A stretch of 64,000 bases of DNA, taken from NCBI GenBank assembly GCA_040954595.2, contig CM082576.2, forward strand, positions 17,965,028 to 18,029,027, read 5' to 3'. Made by a program: the position numbers and the translations under genes. Origin of the DNA: Balanoglossus misakiensis (taxonomy: Eukaryota; Animalia; Hemichordata). The notes under the pieces are model-generated. The model was not told the DNA's origin, searched no databases, and saw only the letters and a list, made by a program, of their open reading frames with translations. Below, piece after piece: positions 40,255-53,548 of the stretch (positions are counted from its first letter, which is position 1; each line of letters begins with the position of its first letter).

Positions 40255-40510
40255 TTGCTTATTTAATGATTCCTTGTGTACGACAGGCACTTCTGGGTGT
40301 CGGACACATTTTCAGTACACGTCACTGAGACGCACTTCTGGATGGCGGACACTTTTTTCCAAGTATACGTCACTGAGACGCACAGGACAGAAACTTTTCT
40401 CCTAGCAGGTTTCCTTAAAAATGACCCACGCCAGAGCACGAGGGTGGGTTTATATACTGCTCATGAATATTCAGTGGATTCTGAGCCTGCAAAGTCCGAA
40501 CCAATGGCAG
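40255..40510 (-). promoter_or_regulatory. Pol II promoter and non-coding first exon of the OB-fold gene
   Basis: TATATAAA (40456-40449), Inr-like TCATT ~30 nt downstream (~40422), CCAAT at 40501, donor GTGAGT at 40254, acceptor TTCACAG ending at 39934 just upstream of the ATG. Confidence 0.5.
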
Positions 40511-43500
40511 GTATAGGAAAGAAGAGATCGAACGTAAAAGTGAGCAAGGGAGTGGGTGTGTCCAAGTGTAGTTTCCAAAAATGTTGCAAGCTTGAAGATG
40601 GGCCAATGACAATTCAAAATCGAAATGCATACACAATTAGGTGAGCAGGATCCTATTAGAATGATAAGGTATTCGATCTGAACCATGCAGAGTATTCTCG
40701 TTAATTGTGTTGAAACTTTAACCGAGAATCAGTGTTTTGGTCACTTTTCATTTGCAGATGCGTACGCAAGTTGAGGCGTTGTACTAGTGTTGAAAAATCT
40801 TTACCATCGTTATGTATAGTATAATGTAAAGTTTGATAGGTATTATTTTTCCCGCTGAATATTTGATGAAATGTTCGATATCATTTTTCAAGATTTCATG
40901 AAACTACGCAGAGCCGTCGTAGCGGGCGCCGTACGGGCACCTGTGCAACACGATACGCATACACTGACGTTTTTTTGGAACAAAACACACAAAATAAAGG
41001 AAGTCGAAGACATACCGCCCATAGAAATTTTTAACCGCTAATCAAACAAAAGTATCAAAATGTATCGTTAAAATGTTTGTAATTTATAAACACGGTGTTC
41101 GTTGGGTCAAAACTGTACCACCAGACTATGTACAAAAACGGCAATAAAACGTTGAAATTTGATGTATCCTGTGATTATAAGTCCGACTTTGTAGATTCTA
41201 CACCAGCAGGCAGAACGAAAAACATCTTATTTCACACTAAACTTATAATCGAAACTTTATGATAATGAACTGGGCTTCAATAGTAACAATTCAAAGACAG
41301 ATTTACTGCGCGAAAGCTATAACTTTGTAGTTTTAGTTACAAAAACAAAGCTTGTTCGAAAACGACTTTTAATGAATGTCTACTTTTTGTCCGGTAAATT
41401 TTCCAGTAGGCCTACTACTTTCAACATTTAAATGAATACAGAAATGGAAGCATGAGTTTCACATTTTAGAGAATTTGAACGAACAGTGAGAAAGGGTGAC
41501 AACAACAACAACTTGTAGAAATTATGGCTTTAGTCGTTTTATATTGAAATTTATGTTTCGTTTGTAGTGGAGGTTTTTTTATGTTACACGCGGTTCAGAA
41601 ATAGGTTAGGCGAATTAGATTTTTTTGTTCATATTATTCTAAATCAAAGGAGTATGCGATAAATTACACCACGGAAACATGTTTGCGATTGGAGAAGAGG
41701 AGCTTATCATACATGCAACGCCTGTATGCCACTGCGCTATTGCTGTATTGTTCTCAGAGCGAAGATTACGACAGAGTATTTTCACATGTGAGAATAGATA
41801 ATTTTAGAACGTGTGCCGAGAGACGCCCACTACAATTTTTCTCTTCACGGCAAAGATCGAGAAATACACGAAAAATGATGTTTGAATAGACCAAGACCGA
41901 CAAAAAGTAATGTAAAATCACATTATTTTGTGGAATGAAATCAAAATTCGCTCATCCCACTGAAGTCAGCCAGCCACAACTTGCAACATTTATCGCGTTA
42001 TCAAGAGAGAGTTGTAGCAGGCGCCATGTGAGCACGCGCGAGTTGGTTGTCTTATTCCTGGCAAACTGTGTTAGGATGTCATCGAAATTCCCCTTTATCG
42101 TCCACAATTCGACCTGAGTTAATAATAGAGTTAAAAACTGTGAGCTGATTCTAAAAAAAATCTATCCGGAAACCAGCGACATATCGTTTTGAGTTGACAG
42201 CAGCGAAAAGAAAGTTAGTGGTCAGGGGTTTGAAGTACGTCGGGTTACCGGAAATGTCTTTTTTTTCTTAGCATAATATTCTATTTTTGTTTTCAAAACA
42301 TTAGTAGCCATCTTAGTTCTATTTTTGACACTTTCATTGGAATGCTTCGCATACATCCATGATTAGGTATTAAGATATGTCGTCTGGTGTGTGTTCTTCT
42401 GAATGTTATTTCACGGAAACTACCTCAACGGGACATAGAAATAGGTAATGTTCACGAAGCAAAGTGATGGCTGCTATCGTGCCTTCGTTCACATTCCGAA
42501 CAATGTAGCGTTCTGTTGATCCTTCAACTGCGGTTGCAGTGCCGAATGTTTATGTTTAGCGCCTTCACTGTCTGGAGTATGCATCCATGATGAAGCAAGT
42601 AGGACAGTCTTGTACAGTCTATCAAGTGCAGTTTTTATATGACTGAATAGATTCTGGTGAAGTGAAACAACATTTGCGCTTTGAGAATTCTGTTAGAGAG
42701 GAAATGATGGAACTGTTTGGTATTGAAATCATGATCTTTTGTATATTAATGTTCTTGCTAGTGTATTTGAGTAATAGAAATAAAATGAATATAACTGTCC
42801 AAAATATTACTGCATATTCTGTAGCACACAAAAGTTCTAAAAAATTAAAACTTTTCATTGCTTTTTTTTCCATTTTTTCTGTTCATCAAGAAAAAGTGGA
42901 CAGAAGTTGGTAAAAACCAAAACTTTCACACTAGTATGTTTAACATCCGGGCAAAATTATCTTTAAAATGAGAAACATGACACTTTACAATCTGTCCTGT
43001 ACAATTGTCATCAAGATTTGCGATTGATCATAGACTTCTTTCCGTTTTTGCTATGTACAAAGAAAATCTAGATAGAAATTGGAGAAAACAAACGACTTCG
43101 AACAGTTCAATTTGTACATCAGGCGAAAACTATCAAAAATGGTAGATTTAAAGATAATCTTAGGAGTTGATTTGAAATAATTTATCCTTTTTTAATCAAA
43201 AGTCATATCAAATAAGGTCATATTAGTATTATTTTTATTCTTTAATTGACTGAGGTACCAGAATTTTCTGTTACCAATACCGCTGATGATACATCTTACA
43301 CTGAGTTAGGTGTTTTCAACTAATTGTTAAATCTGTAGCTATTTAGAAATCTTTTTTCCAGTCTTTTTGACAATTTTCTAGTAAGCCTTGATATTTTGAA
43401 TGGTTTTGTTGTTAAATGATTAAAAATTATGTTCCCATAAAAAGACTTGGATTAAAATAGTCAGTTTTTACAAAGTGTTATATTAATTAAACTGTTTTGA

Positions 43501-44218
43501 CAAGTGCTCTACATATCAGACAAAATTGTTTGTTAATCTTTCAAATGTTAAATTTTTTCAAAAGCCAAATTTAAAATGGTAAAAACATGCTTCTTGAGGG
43601 TCTTTTTTCCGGTCATACACACAATAAGAAAACTGTATTTTGATGCATAGATGCTGTTTTTTTTAAATATATATTTGATGAACAGAGAATATCATTTGTA
43701 AAAATATGGCCATTATCAAGTGAAACTATGTATTACCATATGTTACTTTTGGAAGCTTGTGCAAACTTTTTTATGATTTTGTGTTCTATGGAAAATGGAG
43801 TTTTATTGTTGATGTTTTTGGTTATACAGTTATCTTATTGATAGCTAGTTCGATTTAAGTACCAAGACCATTCTCAGTATAAAAAGTAGAATACATTTTC
43901 CGAGAGAATAGCTAGATATAAAGCTGTGAAATTATGGTCGAATGAGGGGGTTTAATATTTAGTGAGTTATCAGTTTTTAATTTGCATGTGGAATTCAAGA
44001 TTTAAGATTTGGTATAGAGATATCAAAGAAACGGAGGTAAATTTGAAATGACACTAACAGCACTAACAGGGCATAATTGACAAAGTGCTTTTTAATGTTT
44101 AATAGCATTTAAAAGCCCATTTGAACTTTATCTTTTGCATTGTTTTGTGCTTGACATGACTTCATAATTGAGTACAGAGATCTAATAGTAATCACTAGTG
44201 ATTGTTGTAATAATTTTT

Positions 44219-44230
44219 TTACACTGCTAG
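44219..44230 (-). pseudogene. Displaced last codons (L-A-V-stop) of the Helentron Rep-Hel-EN ORF
   Basis: Removing the LTR element and one CTAG restores ...AGT GAC CAC AAA CCA ATA TGG CTA GCA GTG TAA = SDHKPIWLAV*, a normal APE C-terminus. Confidence 0.85.
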
Positions 44231-44748
44231 TGTTACGGTAGAAAAAAACGGGAGCACACAATGGAGAATGTGGTTCAACAACAGAATATTTAATTAAACA
44301 ACTAGCCTTCTAAAATCAAAAGGTCACACAAAAGAAAATGTTCACTGCGTGTTTTTACCCTGCTTGGTCGAGGAGTTACCGAGTCCACAAAAGTCCTGGC
44401 CGAACTCAAGGCACAGAAGTCCGTTGCTGACCAAGTCCGTCATTCACAGAAGCCAGTTGCTCACACAAAATCCGTTGCTCATGAAGTCGGTTGCTCACAG
44501 AATCCAGCTCAGCTAGGTAAATTCCTAATTCCCAAGGCGATGTGGCTGGAGCTACGACAGCTACGTGCTCCTCCGAGTCCGTGTTGAGAAGTGTGCCTCG
44601 TGGTTTTGGTGAGAAGGCCTTTCATATGGGTGACCATCTGGTTATTACCAATATTTAAATGAACTACTTCAAAAGGCAGGGCCCTTTGTTATGCAAAGAA
44701 AAGCTACCCCTCTCTCGACCAAGCAACTAAACAGGGTGTGTCGTAACA
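44231..44748 (-). repeat. 3' LTR of outer Gmr1-like element (518 bp)
   Basis: TG...CA ends; adjacent PPT (plus strand CCTCCCCCTTT, 44749-44759); one substitution seen versus 59877-60394. Confidence 0.97.
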
Positions 44749-44839
44749 CCTCCCCCTTTGGAAAAAGTTTGAATACAATGAAAACTTCAAAAAATACAAA
44801 GTTGAATATCACAAAGTACATGTAGTTACATGCATGTGT

Positions 44840-45487
44840 TCAAAATCCTCTCGACAATGCATCTGCAATTACATTGTCTTTACCTTTTATGTGGGCTATT
44901 GCCAAATCATATTCTTGGAGTGTTAAACTCCATCTCATTAATCTTTGATTCCTATTCTTCATTTTGTGGATGAAGGTCAATGGATTATGATCAGTGAATA
45001 CAAGGATTGGATGCACTGTGGAACTTAAATATACATCGAAATGTTGTAAAGCTAGCAATACAGCCAAACATTCCTTTTCAATTGTCGAATACTTTCTCTG
45101 GTGTACATTAAGTTTCTTGGAGAAATAACCAGTTGGGTGGTCAACACCATCTGCGTTCTGTTGCGTCAAAACTGCACCAACAGCAACATCACTAGCATCC
45201 ACACACAATTTAAACTGCTTGTCAAATTCTGGGATTGCAAGAACTGGAGAGTGAGAAAGTACTGCTTTAATTTTGTTAAATGCAGACTGGCAATCTTCTG
45301 ACCAAATAAATTTGTTATCCTTACGCAGTAAGTTGGTCAATGGCTCGGCAATGGTTGCAAAATTTCGACAGTAGCGTCGATAATAACCAGCCATGCCGAG
45401 AAATCTCATCAACGCTTTCTTATTTCCTGGTGTTGGAAAATCTAGAACTGCTTCAACTTTAGCAAGTATGGGCTTTGTCTGACCATG
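44840..45487 (-). pseudogene. pol: RT thumb plus RNase H of the outer element (3' part of pol)
   Basis: RFLGMAGYYRRY, VDASDVAVGAVL, EKECLA, TDHNPL, NVIADALSR. Confidence 0.93.
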
Positions 45488-46104
45488 TGTTACACTCTTC
45501 AATAGACAATCCAGACGAGCGTAGTTGTATATATGAATGGTTCCTTTGGTTTATTGAAGTACCCTAACTTCCAAGGAGTTTAAGACTCTAACACAACAAG
45601 TTTACTGTCAGTTCATGCACACAGAGGCACTAGACCACACATCTGACATTAACCAAACTGCACACTGCACTCCGGTTTTCCATGTGCTTCTCAAACTAAC
45701 CGGCATGCTACAATTATAATAATTGTCGCCACCTCTTTGCCAAATACAGATAGTGGTATACCTCCTCTAACTACATATAAGGATTCTTGCTCATTACAAA
45801 TCAATTAATTTAGCTTAAGATCAAACAGATAGTCAATGATGGACATTTCCTAAAACCCTGCAAAATTCCAGACTTGCCCAAATTCCAGTGTTTCCCAATG
45901 GAGCACGTTTGTTTTGGTCACTCATAAAACTCTGTCAAACTTTGAGACTATGCTCTGTGTGTGTTCAGATGGAAGTCATTAAGTCAAGTCATTCTCAAGG
46001 CTTTACGACTATAATGTCAACATTTATGTTACCAAGTAGATTTCGTTGGTGTGGGGCAGGACTTTACTGAAATTGAATTTTGTGTATCAATTGTATACCC
46101 TACA
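45488..46104 (-). repeat. 3' LTR of inner Gypsy (617 bp)
   Basis: TGTTACAC...CCCTACA; two substitutions seen versus the 5' copy over 514 bp. Confidence 0.93.
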
Positions 46105-46975
46105 CTCTCCCCCTGTAAAATAAATGTCGTCCCAGACATTTCCCTATCAGAAGCTAAAAAAATCAATTCATGCATTCTAAAAAAAAAACATTTTAGTACT
46201 AATCAAAACATGCAAGTAATATATCAAAACACGCAAGTTTATATTCAGTTCTGAGTTCAGTGTTCATTGTTCAGTATTGTCAGAGTTCAAAGTTCAAGGG
46301 TTCAATTCATGTCATCATGTATTTTGGATCAATTGTAATTGCTGGGTTTCAAATACAGCTCATTTCATAGGATAATTTTCCTTGGCCACACAGATACAAT
46401 TTCCCTTTCATATACTGTATGGGTGACTAATTAAGATCTGTGGCCATCAGAATACTTAATAGTCAGAAGATTCAAAATCTTGTCAAACATTGAAATGGCT
46501 GTTTTCAGTGATAATTTACACTACACAATAAACAATTGAAACTTCTTAAGATATCAGCGTGAGCGAAACAACAGGCAATTCTACATCAGTTCTTGGCGGC
46601 GACAATTGTCTATTTTTCAAGAGTCACTCCTCACAAACGTAGATTGCCTCGGTTGGAGATTGCATTCTGCCTCAGTTCTGGTATCCGGTTCTCAGCTATC
46701 ACCTTTCCCCACACTGGTTGCAGCTTTCAAACTCCTGGTCCTTGCTAGCATCTGGTCAGTCCTTGCTCAGCTGGTATCACAATACCGTTACTACGCAGAT
46801 TCACTCAAAAGTTCAGAGTTAACATTGTCAGTTAAATGTATACAGTTCCATGGAATAACAACAGAGTTCAGTTTCATACTAGGAGTTCATTGTATCGGCA
46901 GTACAGCTATACAGTCCTGTTTCACAATAATAGAGTCTTCATTGTTAACAGTTCATTGTCTATTTTCTCTGCAGA

Positions 46976-49900
46976 TTAACACATTACTCCACGCTGTTGT
47001 TGCATATACTGTTGATTATTCCAAAACGTTGCTGGCAGTGGGTACATCACAGGTTGCAGTGGTACATATGGTGTATTCCACAATGGTACTGGATGAGTAG
47101 GTGTTTGCAGTATTGGAGCTACCATTGCTGCGTTGATTACTGGGTTGATGTGTTGATACTCTGACTGTCCTGGTAAAGTGTATGTCAGGGTTGCTGGTGG
47201 ATGTCTGTCCCTGGTAGGATACCTTCGTGGTTGTGCTTCCATCTCTGCGTTGTCAGGTAATCCTTCAGGTGGTTGTAGCTGTTCAGCAATTTCCACATTT
47301 TCTTCTGCAGATATGTCATCAGCCGCTTCTGCAGATGTGTCATCAGCCGCTTCTGCAGACGTGTCATCAGCCGCAGCCACATCATTTTCAGGTACTATAT
47401 CCCCTGGTACAGGTGTGGTGGTTGACACATCTTCTGCTGTCTCACTATTGGTGTCATGAATCAATTCGATATCAGGAATCAGTTCAGAAACTGGTGTAAT
47501 GTCAGTTTCTGGTGATGATGGTGTATTTCTTGCTTCAAACTGTTCCGCCAGTGGGTTCAATGAACTTTTCTCAGCACCCACTTGTTGATTGTGTCTCCGC
47601 TGGTGCTGCCTGTCTTCAGTCCATTGTCTCTGGATGATTGGTCTATAGAAATAACCATCTTCATCATCACTTGACGACTCATCATCTTGTAGGTCAGGGT
47701 CACAGTCAGGTTCAGTCAGTGGTGTTTTATTTCTCTTCCTAGTATTTCTTGGTGTAATGACTGGAGTGATTGCTGGTGTTGATTCCGCCTCCATTGGTAG
47801 GTCATCACAAGGCAGTAAGAGATTTCGGTGTAGTACACGTTTTCGCCCCTCACCTCGTTCTGGCTTAATTTCATACACTGGACTGTCTTCGCCCTTCCTA
47901 CGTGTTACAACATGGATTTTCTGTTCCCAATAGGACCGTAGTTTACCTGGTCCACCACGTTCTGTCAAGTTTCTGACCAATACTCTGTCCCCTGGTAGAA
48001 GTACAGTACTGCGTTGTTTCTGGTCATAATACACCTTCCCTCTTGCAGCTGACTTTTTAGCACTTTCCGCTACCAGGTCATATGCCTCCTTCATTCCCTT
48101 CTGCCACTTGTCCACATAGTTTTGATAACTGCATGGCTGTGACTTTGGATGTAGGTCGAACAGGATGTCAATTGGCAGTCTCGGTGTCCTCCCAAACAGT
48201 AGATAGAATGGTGAGTAACCAGTGGCTTCATTCCGGGTACAGTTGAAAGCATGTACTACTTTGTTGACATGGTCTTTCCAGTTAGATTTTTCTTTTTCCG
48301 GAAGTGTTCTCAGCATGGCTAGAAGCGTCCTGTTCATTCGCTCACACGATCCATTGCCCTGGGGGTGGTACGGTGTTGTCCTTGATGCGTTGATACCACC
48401 TAGCTGCTGTAGACGCCTGAACATGTGATTTTCAAACTCTCCTCCCTGGTCATGGTGGATTCTGGCTGGAAACCCAAAGCGTGGTATGAAGTCATTGAAG
48501 ATCTTGTCAGCCACTGTTTTTCCAGACTTATTTCTGGTAGGATAGGCTTGTGCAAATCGGGTGAAATGGTCGATGATTACTAGGATGTACTCATAACCAC
48601 CACTACTTTTCTCCAGATGAAGGAAGTCGATTGATACCAATTCAAAGGGTGATGTAGTGACTATGTTGGTGAGTGGAGCCCTGGTGTTGAAGTTGGGTCG
48701 CTTTTGTTTGATGCACACGCACTGTTTGGTGATGTACTGTTCGATGTCACGTTGCATATGAGGCCAGTAGAACCGATCTCTTGCTAGGGTGACTACCCTT
48801 TCTACTCCAAGATGACCCATTTCTTCATGAAGTTCTTTGTAGACTAGTTGTCTGTACTTCATTGGCAGGATCAGCTGGGATCTTGTTGTTGTCTTTCTCC
48901 GCAACACCTCATCTTCGCCAATTACCAGATAATGCCACTCACGCATTAACACTGTGGTTTCATGTGATTCACCACGTCTTTCTTCACGGGTTGGACGGCG
49001 TCCATGGTTACGATATGCCATCAGTCGGCTTATAGCAGGATCCTCTTGTTGGGCTTTTCTTATTTCTTCAGTGCTGAATGACTGGACTGGCTGTACTGCT
49101 GGACTGAAAATGCCTATGTTTTCATCCAAGACAGTTGGGTTTGTTGTCACTGCTGTCAGCCATGTTGCTTTACCAACCTCCATTGCATTTGCTGAGTTGA
49201 CCGTTGCTTCAATTACATCCTTTGAATATTCTTCACTGCATTCATCCATGAATTTCTCTACATCAAGTGGTAGCCTAGATAGTACATCAGCATCAATGTT
49301 GATTTTTCCGGGTCGATACTTGATGGTGAAGTTGAAATCAGCTAGTTCTGCAACCCATCGATGTCCCGTGGCATTCAGCTTTGCTGTTGTAAGAACATAT
49401 GTCAGGGGGTTATTGTCAGTATAAACGGTGAAAGACGGTACATAGGACAGGTAATCTCGAAACTTCTCTGTTACAGCCCACTTCAGTGCTAAGAACTCCA
49501 ATTTGCCAGAATGAAGGTGGTAGTTCTTCTCAGCCGGTGTCAGAGTTCTTGATCCATAACCAATAACCCTCAGTTTATCATCTTGATATTGATAAAGGAC
49601 TGCTCCCAAGCCGTCATGTGAGGCATCTGTATGGAGTATAAGTGGTTGACTGTAGTCTGGATAAGCCATTACTGGTGCCTTTATGAGATGTTCAATCAAT
49701 TGGTCGACAATCACCTGGTGGTCATCTGTCCATGTAATTGGTTGACGTGAATGTACTTGTCCTGTCATAGTCTTCTGCTTCTTTACTGATTTCGATTTCT
49801 TCTTTGCTGTATTTTCAATACTGGCCGTGGATGATGTCATTAAGTCATACAGTGGTCTTGCAATTCTTGAGAAATCTTTGATGTATTGTCGGTAGTAACC

Positions 49901-51967
49901 AAGGAAACCTAACAACTTCCGGAGTTCACCGACGTTGGTTGGCTTCCTCTCTTTCAAGGCAACTACTGCAGCTGTGTCAGCTGGATCCACCCTGTACCCA
50001 TCTGCTGAGACTATTTTTCCCAAATAGCGCACTTTTCTCTTGAATAGGTCACATTTCTTGGGTTTTAGCTTGATGCCGTGCTGCTGCAGTCGTTTTAGTA
50101 CTTTCCTGATGTTTTCAACATGCTCTTCAAATGTCTTGCTGTATATAAGGATGTCATCCAGGTATGGTATGCAAATTACATAACTCAGTCCATCTAGGCA
50201 TTCTTCCATGTGTCGTTGGAATGCAGGTGGGGCATTAGTCAGGCCAAACGGGATCCTCACCCATTCATACAGTCCCCATGGTGTGACAAATGCAGTCAGT
50301 GGTTTACTTTCTTCCGACATAAACCCTTGGTGGTATGCTTCGCCTTGATCCAGTACAGAAAACCAAGTATTTCCTCCCAGCCCATCAAGAATATCTTGGA
50401 TACGTGGTATGGGTTGTCGGTCTGGCTTGGTCTTCTTATTAAGTTCCCTGTAGTCTATACAAAGTCTTAGACTTCCATCTTTCTTTCTGACACATACCAC
50501 TGGCGATGAATATGATGACTTTGACTTGGTTATCCAGCCTTGGTCAATCAAATCCTCCAGATATTCCTTTACTTCTTGGTAAAGTGGGCGGGGTATTGAT
50601 CTGTAACTTCTCTGCACTGGCTCCTGATCTGTTAGATCAATCCGCAACTTCAAGTTGTCAATGCACCCAATATCGGTATCAGTCTTGGCAAAAGCTCCGG
50701 CTTCATCTCTCAGCATTTGTCGAACTACCTTTTGCTGTGACTCAGTCAAGCTGCTCAGATCAACAGGTGGTTCCCACGTTTCTTCAGGTGCTGGCATTTT
50801 ATTTTCATCCCCCCGGGGCTTTGAAGTCATTTCTGAATGAAGACTGTTCACCTCAGCTTGTTTCTCCACTTCACGGACTTCCAGTGGGGTGAATGACCGG
50901 ACCATTTGAATTGTCCCTAACACTGTCCTATTTCTGAGGACAAGGTCATGTTTTGTTGTGTTGTGTACAGGAATGGTCACACGATGTGATGATCCTCTGG
51001 AAAGCTTGGTGAGTTGTTCTAACACCTCCAATCCATCAGGCCAGGTATGTTCCACATTCGGTTCAAATACCACTGGTCTTTCTTCTGTGATTGGTCCCGT
51101 ATGCACTGAACACTTCACCTCAACCGTCCCTCCAGCCGGAATTCTAACACCACTTCGTCCAACCTTCACCAGATAATGATGATCATCTTCACTGTTGTCC
51201 TGAATTAAATTCACGACTGCTTTTACATCCTTCTCTGGAATAGTAGGCAGTGCTGCCGTAATGACATTAATGAGTGCAGTATTTGGAATTTGTCCAGGTA
51301 CCCCAGTGCTGTAATCTCTACAAACTTCTTCAATTACATTATAACTAATAATTGGGTAGTCAGTCTCTGTTGGTTGTCCCCGGCTTACCAACACTGGTAC
51401 TTTCAACTGTCTTTGATTTTCACCATTGCTGATCAGCTGGAAGTCAACTTCTACCCATCCGCTATATGGAATATCAGTTCCATTCATTGCTGTTAAGTTC
51501 AACTTTGTACTCATTCCCAAAAGTTCTTCAATTGGTCTGAGTGGTACATCTGAGAGATTTTTCAGCTTCCATCCATGTGTGATAACAGAGACTTGTGACC
51601 CGGTATCCCACAATGCCTGGTACTTCTCCCCTTCGATGTTACACCAAACCAAACATTTCTTTCCAACCAATTTCATCAGCTTCTCTTGTCTAGCTGGCGT
51701 CAGATGACATGGGAATGACATCTTCACACTGCTCCGCTGACTGTTTTTCCTTTCCTCCTGGGCCTCCACCTGTTGTATCATATTACAGTATACCCGGTGC
51801 TTTTCCCAGTGGGCTTTCTGACAATCCTTCGAACAGTATGTACCAGCGTGACATGCAGAACATTGTTGAAAATTGGTAACATCATCTTTCTGGCAATGGT
51901 TACAATGGTGGGACTCTATGGTATCTTGGCTGGTTATTCCCTGTCCCCTGGGGCCAGCCTTTTCCCG
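46976..51967 (-). CDS. pol: Pol polyprotein of inner Gypsy: zf-MYND, aspartic protease, RT, RNase H, integrase, long acidic tail
   Basis: [27 protein letters not shown]...H...C-x-C zinc site, [15 protein letters not shown]. The frame stays open upstream of the listed ATG (51781) to the slippery site. Confidence 0.95.
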   Translation of the reverse strand, partial: REKAGPRGQGITSQDTIESHHCNHCQKDDVTNFQQCSACHAGTYCSKDCQKAHWEKHRVYCNMIQQVEAQEERKNSQRSSVKMSFPCHLTPARQEKLMKLVGKKCLVWCNIEGEKYQALWDTGSQVSVITHGWKLKNLSDVPLRPIEELLGMSTKLNLTAMNGTDIPYSGWVEVDFQLISNGENQRQLKVPVLVSRGQPTETDYPIISYNVIEEVCRDYSTGVPGQIPNTALINVITAALPTIPEKDVKAVVNLIQDNSEDDHHYLVKVGRSGVRIPAGGTVEVKCSVHTGPITEERPVVFEPNVEHTWPDGLEVLEQLTKLSRGSSHRVTIPVHNTTKHDLVLRNRTVLGTIQMVRSFTPLEVREVEKQAEVNSLHSEMTSKPRGDENKMPAPEETWEPPVDLSSLTESQQKVVRQMLRDEAGAFAKTDTDIGCIDNLKLRIDLTDQEPVQRSYRSIPRPLYQEVKEYLEDLIDQGWITKSKSSYSSPVVCVRKKDGSLRLCIDYRELNKKTKPDRQPIPRIQDILDGLGGNTWFSVLDQGEAYHQGFMSEESKPLTAFVTPWGLYEWVRIPFGLTNAPPAFQRHMEECLDGLSYVICIPYLDDILIYSKTFEEHVENIRKVLKRLQQHGIKLKPKKCDLFKRKVRYLGKIVSADGYRVDPADTAAVVALKERKPTNVGELRKLLGFLGYYRQYIKDFSRIARPLYDLMTSSTASIENTAKKKSKSVKKQKTMTGQVHSRQPITWTDDHQVIVDQLIEHLIKAPVMAYPDYSQPLILHTDASHDGLGAVLYQYQDDKLRVIGYGSRTLTPAEKNYHLHSGKLEFLALKWAVTEKFRDYLSYVPSFTVYTDNNPLTYVLTTAKLNATGHRWVAELADFNFTIKYRPGKINIDADVLSRLPLDVEKFMDECSEEYSKDVIEATVNSANAMEVGKATWLTAVTTNPTVLDENIGIFSPAVQPVQSFSTEEIRKAQQEDPAISRLMAYRNHGRRPTREERRGESHETTVLMREWHYLVIGEDEVLRRKTTTRSQLILPMKYRQLVYKELHEEMGHLGVERVVTLARDRFYWPHMQRDIEQYITKQCVCIKQKRPNFNTRAPLTNIVTTSPFELVSIDFLHLEKSSGGYEYILVIIDHFTRFAQAYPTRNKSGKTVADKIFNDFIPRFGFPARIHHDQGGEFENHMFRRLQQLGGINASRTTPYHPQGNGSCERMNRTLLAMLRTLPEKEKSNWKDHVNKVVHAFNCTRNEATGYSPFYLLFGRTPRLPIDILFDLHPKSQPCSYQNYVDKWQKGMKEAYDLVAESAKKSAARGKVYYDQKQRSTVLLPGDRVLVRNLTERGGPGKLRSYWEQKIHVVTRRKGEDSPVYEIKPERGEGRKRVLHRNLLLPCDDLPMEAESTPAITPVITPRNTRKRNKTPLTEPDCDPDLQDDESSSDDEDGYFYRPIIQRQWTEDRQHQRRHNQQVGAEKSSLNPLAEQFEARNTPSSPETDITPVSELIPDIELIHDTNSETAEDVSTTTPVPGDIVPENDVAAADDTSAEAADDTSAEAADDISAEENVEIAEQLQPPEGLPDNAEMEAQPRRYPTRDRHPPATLTYTLPGQSEYQHINPVINAAMVAPILQTPTHPVPLWNTPYVPLQPVMYPLPATFWNNQQYMQQQRGVMC

Positions 51968-51973
51968 TTTCCC
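51928..51973 (-). promoter_or_regulatory. -1 programmed ribosomal frameshift signal
   Basis: G GGA AAC heptamer (51973-51967) in the gag frame, 7-nt spacer, then GGCTGG...CCAGCC stem; pol is in the -1 frame. Confidence 0.8.
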
Positions 51974-53415
51974 GACTGCTTCTGACTGGTTTGTTTACAA
52001 CCTCTCTTGAAGTGTTCGGTACTCCCACACCTAAAACAATGCTTACAGTCTGGTTTTCCGTCTCGGCGACAGCTAGTACAGCCATAATTGGTTCTCTTTC
52101 CTTGGTTACCTCTATTTGAGTTGACAGCAGGGTCGTTGACCTTTGGAGTTGACACTGCTTCTTGAATCGCTGCCACAATTGCTGTTTTCATCTCCTCCAT
52201 TCCTGCCATCATACCCTTTATTTCTTGATTGAAGTCAGACTGTGTTTTCGGATTGGCTTTCCCTGGTTTGGTCTCACTTGTTTTATTGGTTCCAACCACA
52301 CCCACGGCATTTACTGTTGCTATGCGACCGTTGCTGCTTAACATGCGTTTAGCCTGCCTCTCCTCTTCATTTTTCACAGCAATGCCCAATTTCTCTAACA
52401 GCATATTATCACTAGTGTCAGTTTTCATCAAGTGGGGTTGTATATCTGCCCTTATGGAGTCATTCACCAGCCCAGTCAAAACAGCTCTGCGGAAAGTGTC
52501 CTGAATTACAGTAGGACTATACTTTATTGTATCTGCAGAACTTGAAGCTAGCAGTGCTTGTTGACGGAGATCCAGTACCCGGAAAAGGAAGTCATGGGGT
52601 GTTTCATTTTGATCTTGGGTGGCGCAGCTCAACTCATGATAAAGTTCACTTGCTTCCTTTTCTTTGTAATGCACCCTCAGAATGCTGGTTAAATCTTTCA
52701 AGGATAAGTTTTTAATCCCTTCCAGATAACTTCTAATTCTGAGCTGTGGGTTGATGGCCCGAATGACAGCTTCAGTAACTTCCTGTTCAGGATACCCCCG
52801 GTTTATACCACTTTCAATCTGGTGAGCAAGGCTGTTAAAACTTAACTTATCTTTCTGGTCGGGTCTGCCAATCTGTCCAGCAATTTTGAATTCTTTAAAA
52901 TAACTGGTGATCTCATTATGTAGCCGTTTAGTGTTCTCTTGAGTGGATTCAGCCTTTAGTGTGTTAGTTTGACTGGTAGACTGTGGTTGTAATTCCCCCT
53001 TAGAGCCTCCCGAGTCAGTCACAGCATTCTTCACATTCCTGTCTTCGGCAAGTTGACTCCCCTCACTGTTGCTAGGCGACCCATTCCCCTTGGGATCGGT
53101 TCCAGTAGAGGAGTTCACAATGTCTAATGCTTTGGTTTTGACTTCACGCAATTTTGGTAGTTTTACTTCATCATCCATCTCTTTAGACCAATCTCCCCCT
53201 AGATGATGAATCATTTCTCTGACAAGGGCGTATCTAGATTTCCCAGTCACATCAGTATCCATTTTCAAGACAATGATCATATCACGCAGGTTTCCAAGGG
53301 ACATCTGAAAGAGTAGTCCACTCACCTCCATGTACTCTTCTTCCAATCGAGCGGTCATTTCCTCTATTGATTGAAAAGAGTCTGTACTCACAGTTTGAGA
53401 TTCCTCGTCACTCAT
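51934..53415 (-). CDS. gag: Gag of inner Gypsy (493 aa)
   Basis: Lies after the PBS; capsid-like [21 protein letters not shown]; C-terminal CTSC..CKHC and CCHC knuckle [14 protein letters not shown]. Confidence 0.93.
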   Translation of the reverse strand: MSDEESQTVSTDSFQSIEEMTARLEEEYMEVSGLLFQMSLGNLRDMIIVLKMDTDVTGKSRYALVREMIHHLGGDWSKEMDDEVKLPKLREVKTKALDIVNSSTGTDPKGNGSPSNSEGSQLAEDRNVKNAVTDSGGSKGELQPQSTSQTNTLKAESTQENTKRLHNEITSYFKEFKIAGQIGRPDQKDKLSFNSLAHQIESGINRGYPEQEVTEAVIRAINPQLRIRSYLEGIKNLSLKDLTSILRVHYKEKEASELYHELSCATQDQNETPHDFLFRVLDLRQQALLASSSADTIKYSPTVIQDTFRRAVLTGLVNDSIRADIQPHLMKTDTSDNMLLEKLGIAVKNEEERQAKRMLSSNGRIATVNAVGVVGTNKTSETKPGKANPKTQSDFNQEIKGMMAGMEEMKTAIVAAIQEAVSTPKVNDPAVNSNRGNQGKRTNYGCTSCRRDGKPDCKHCFRCGSTEHFKRGCKQTSQKQSGNGKRLAPGDRE

Positions 53416-53527
53416 TTCAGTTCAGGCAGTAAAGTCCACGTTGGTCAAACACACAGAATTGACTGTTGGCGAATCCTTGAGTCTTGTACTTGAGTCTTCT
53501 ATTCCTCAGAGAGCATCAATCCAAAGT

Positions 53528-53544
53528 TCCCGGACGAGCCCCCA
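53528..53544 (-). promoter_or_regulatory. Primer binding site, tRNA-Pro (inner element)
   Basis: TGGGGGCTCGTCCGGGA, 4 nt inside the 5' LTR; matches the known tRNA-Pro PBS. Confidence 0.92.
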
Positions 53545-53548
53545 AAAA

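Noticed and set aside
42350-44180. Possible decayed extra gene between the OB gene and the Helentron ORF
   Set aside because: Only short open stretches with many stops and no recognisable motif; needs a TBLASTX search.
46606-47100. env-like or antisense ORF in the inner Gypsy 3' region
   Set aside because: Opposite strand to pol, non-ATG start, no fusion-protein features.
51900-52178. 92-aa ORF as the gag-pol bridge
   Set aside because: It is the third frame and stops at 51900; the true pol frame is the -1 frame carrying the MYND finger.
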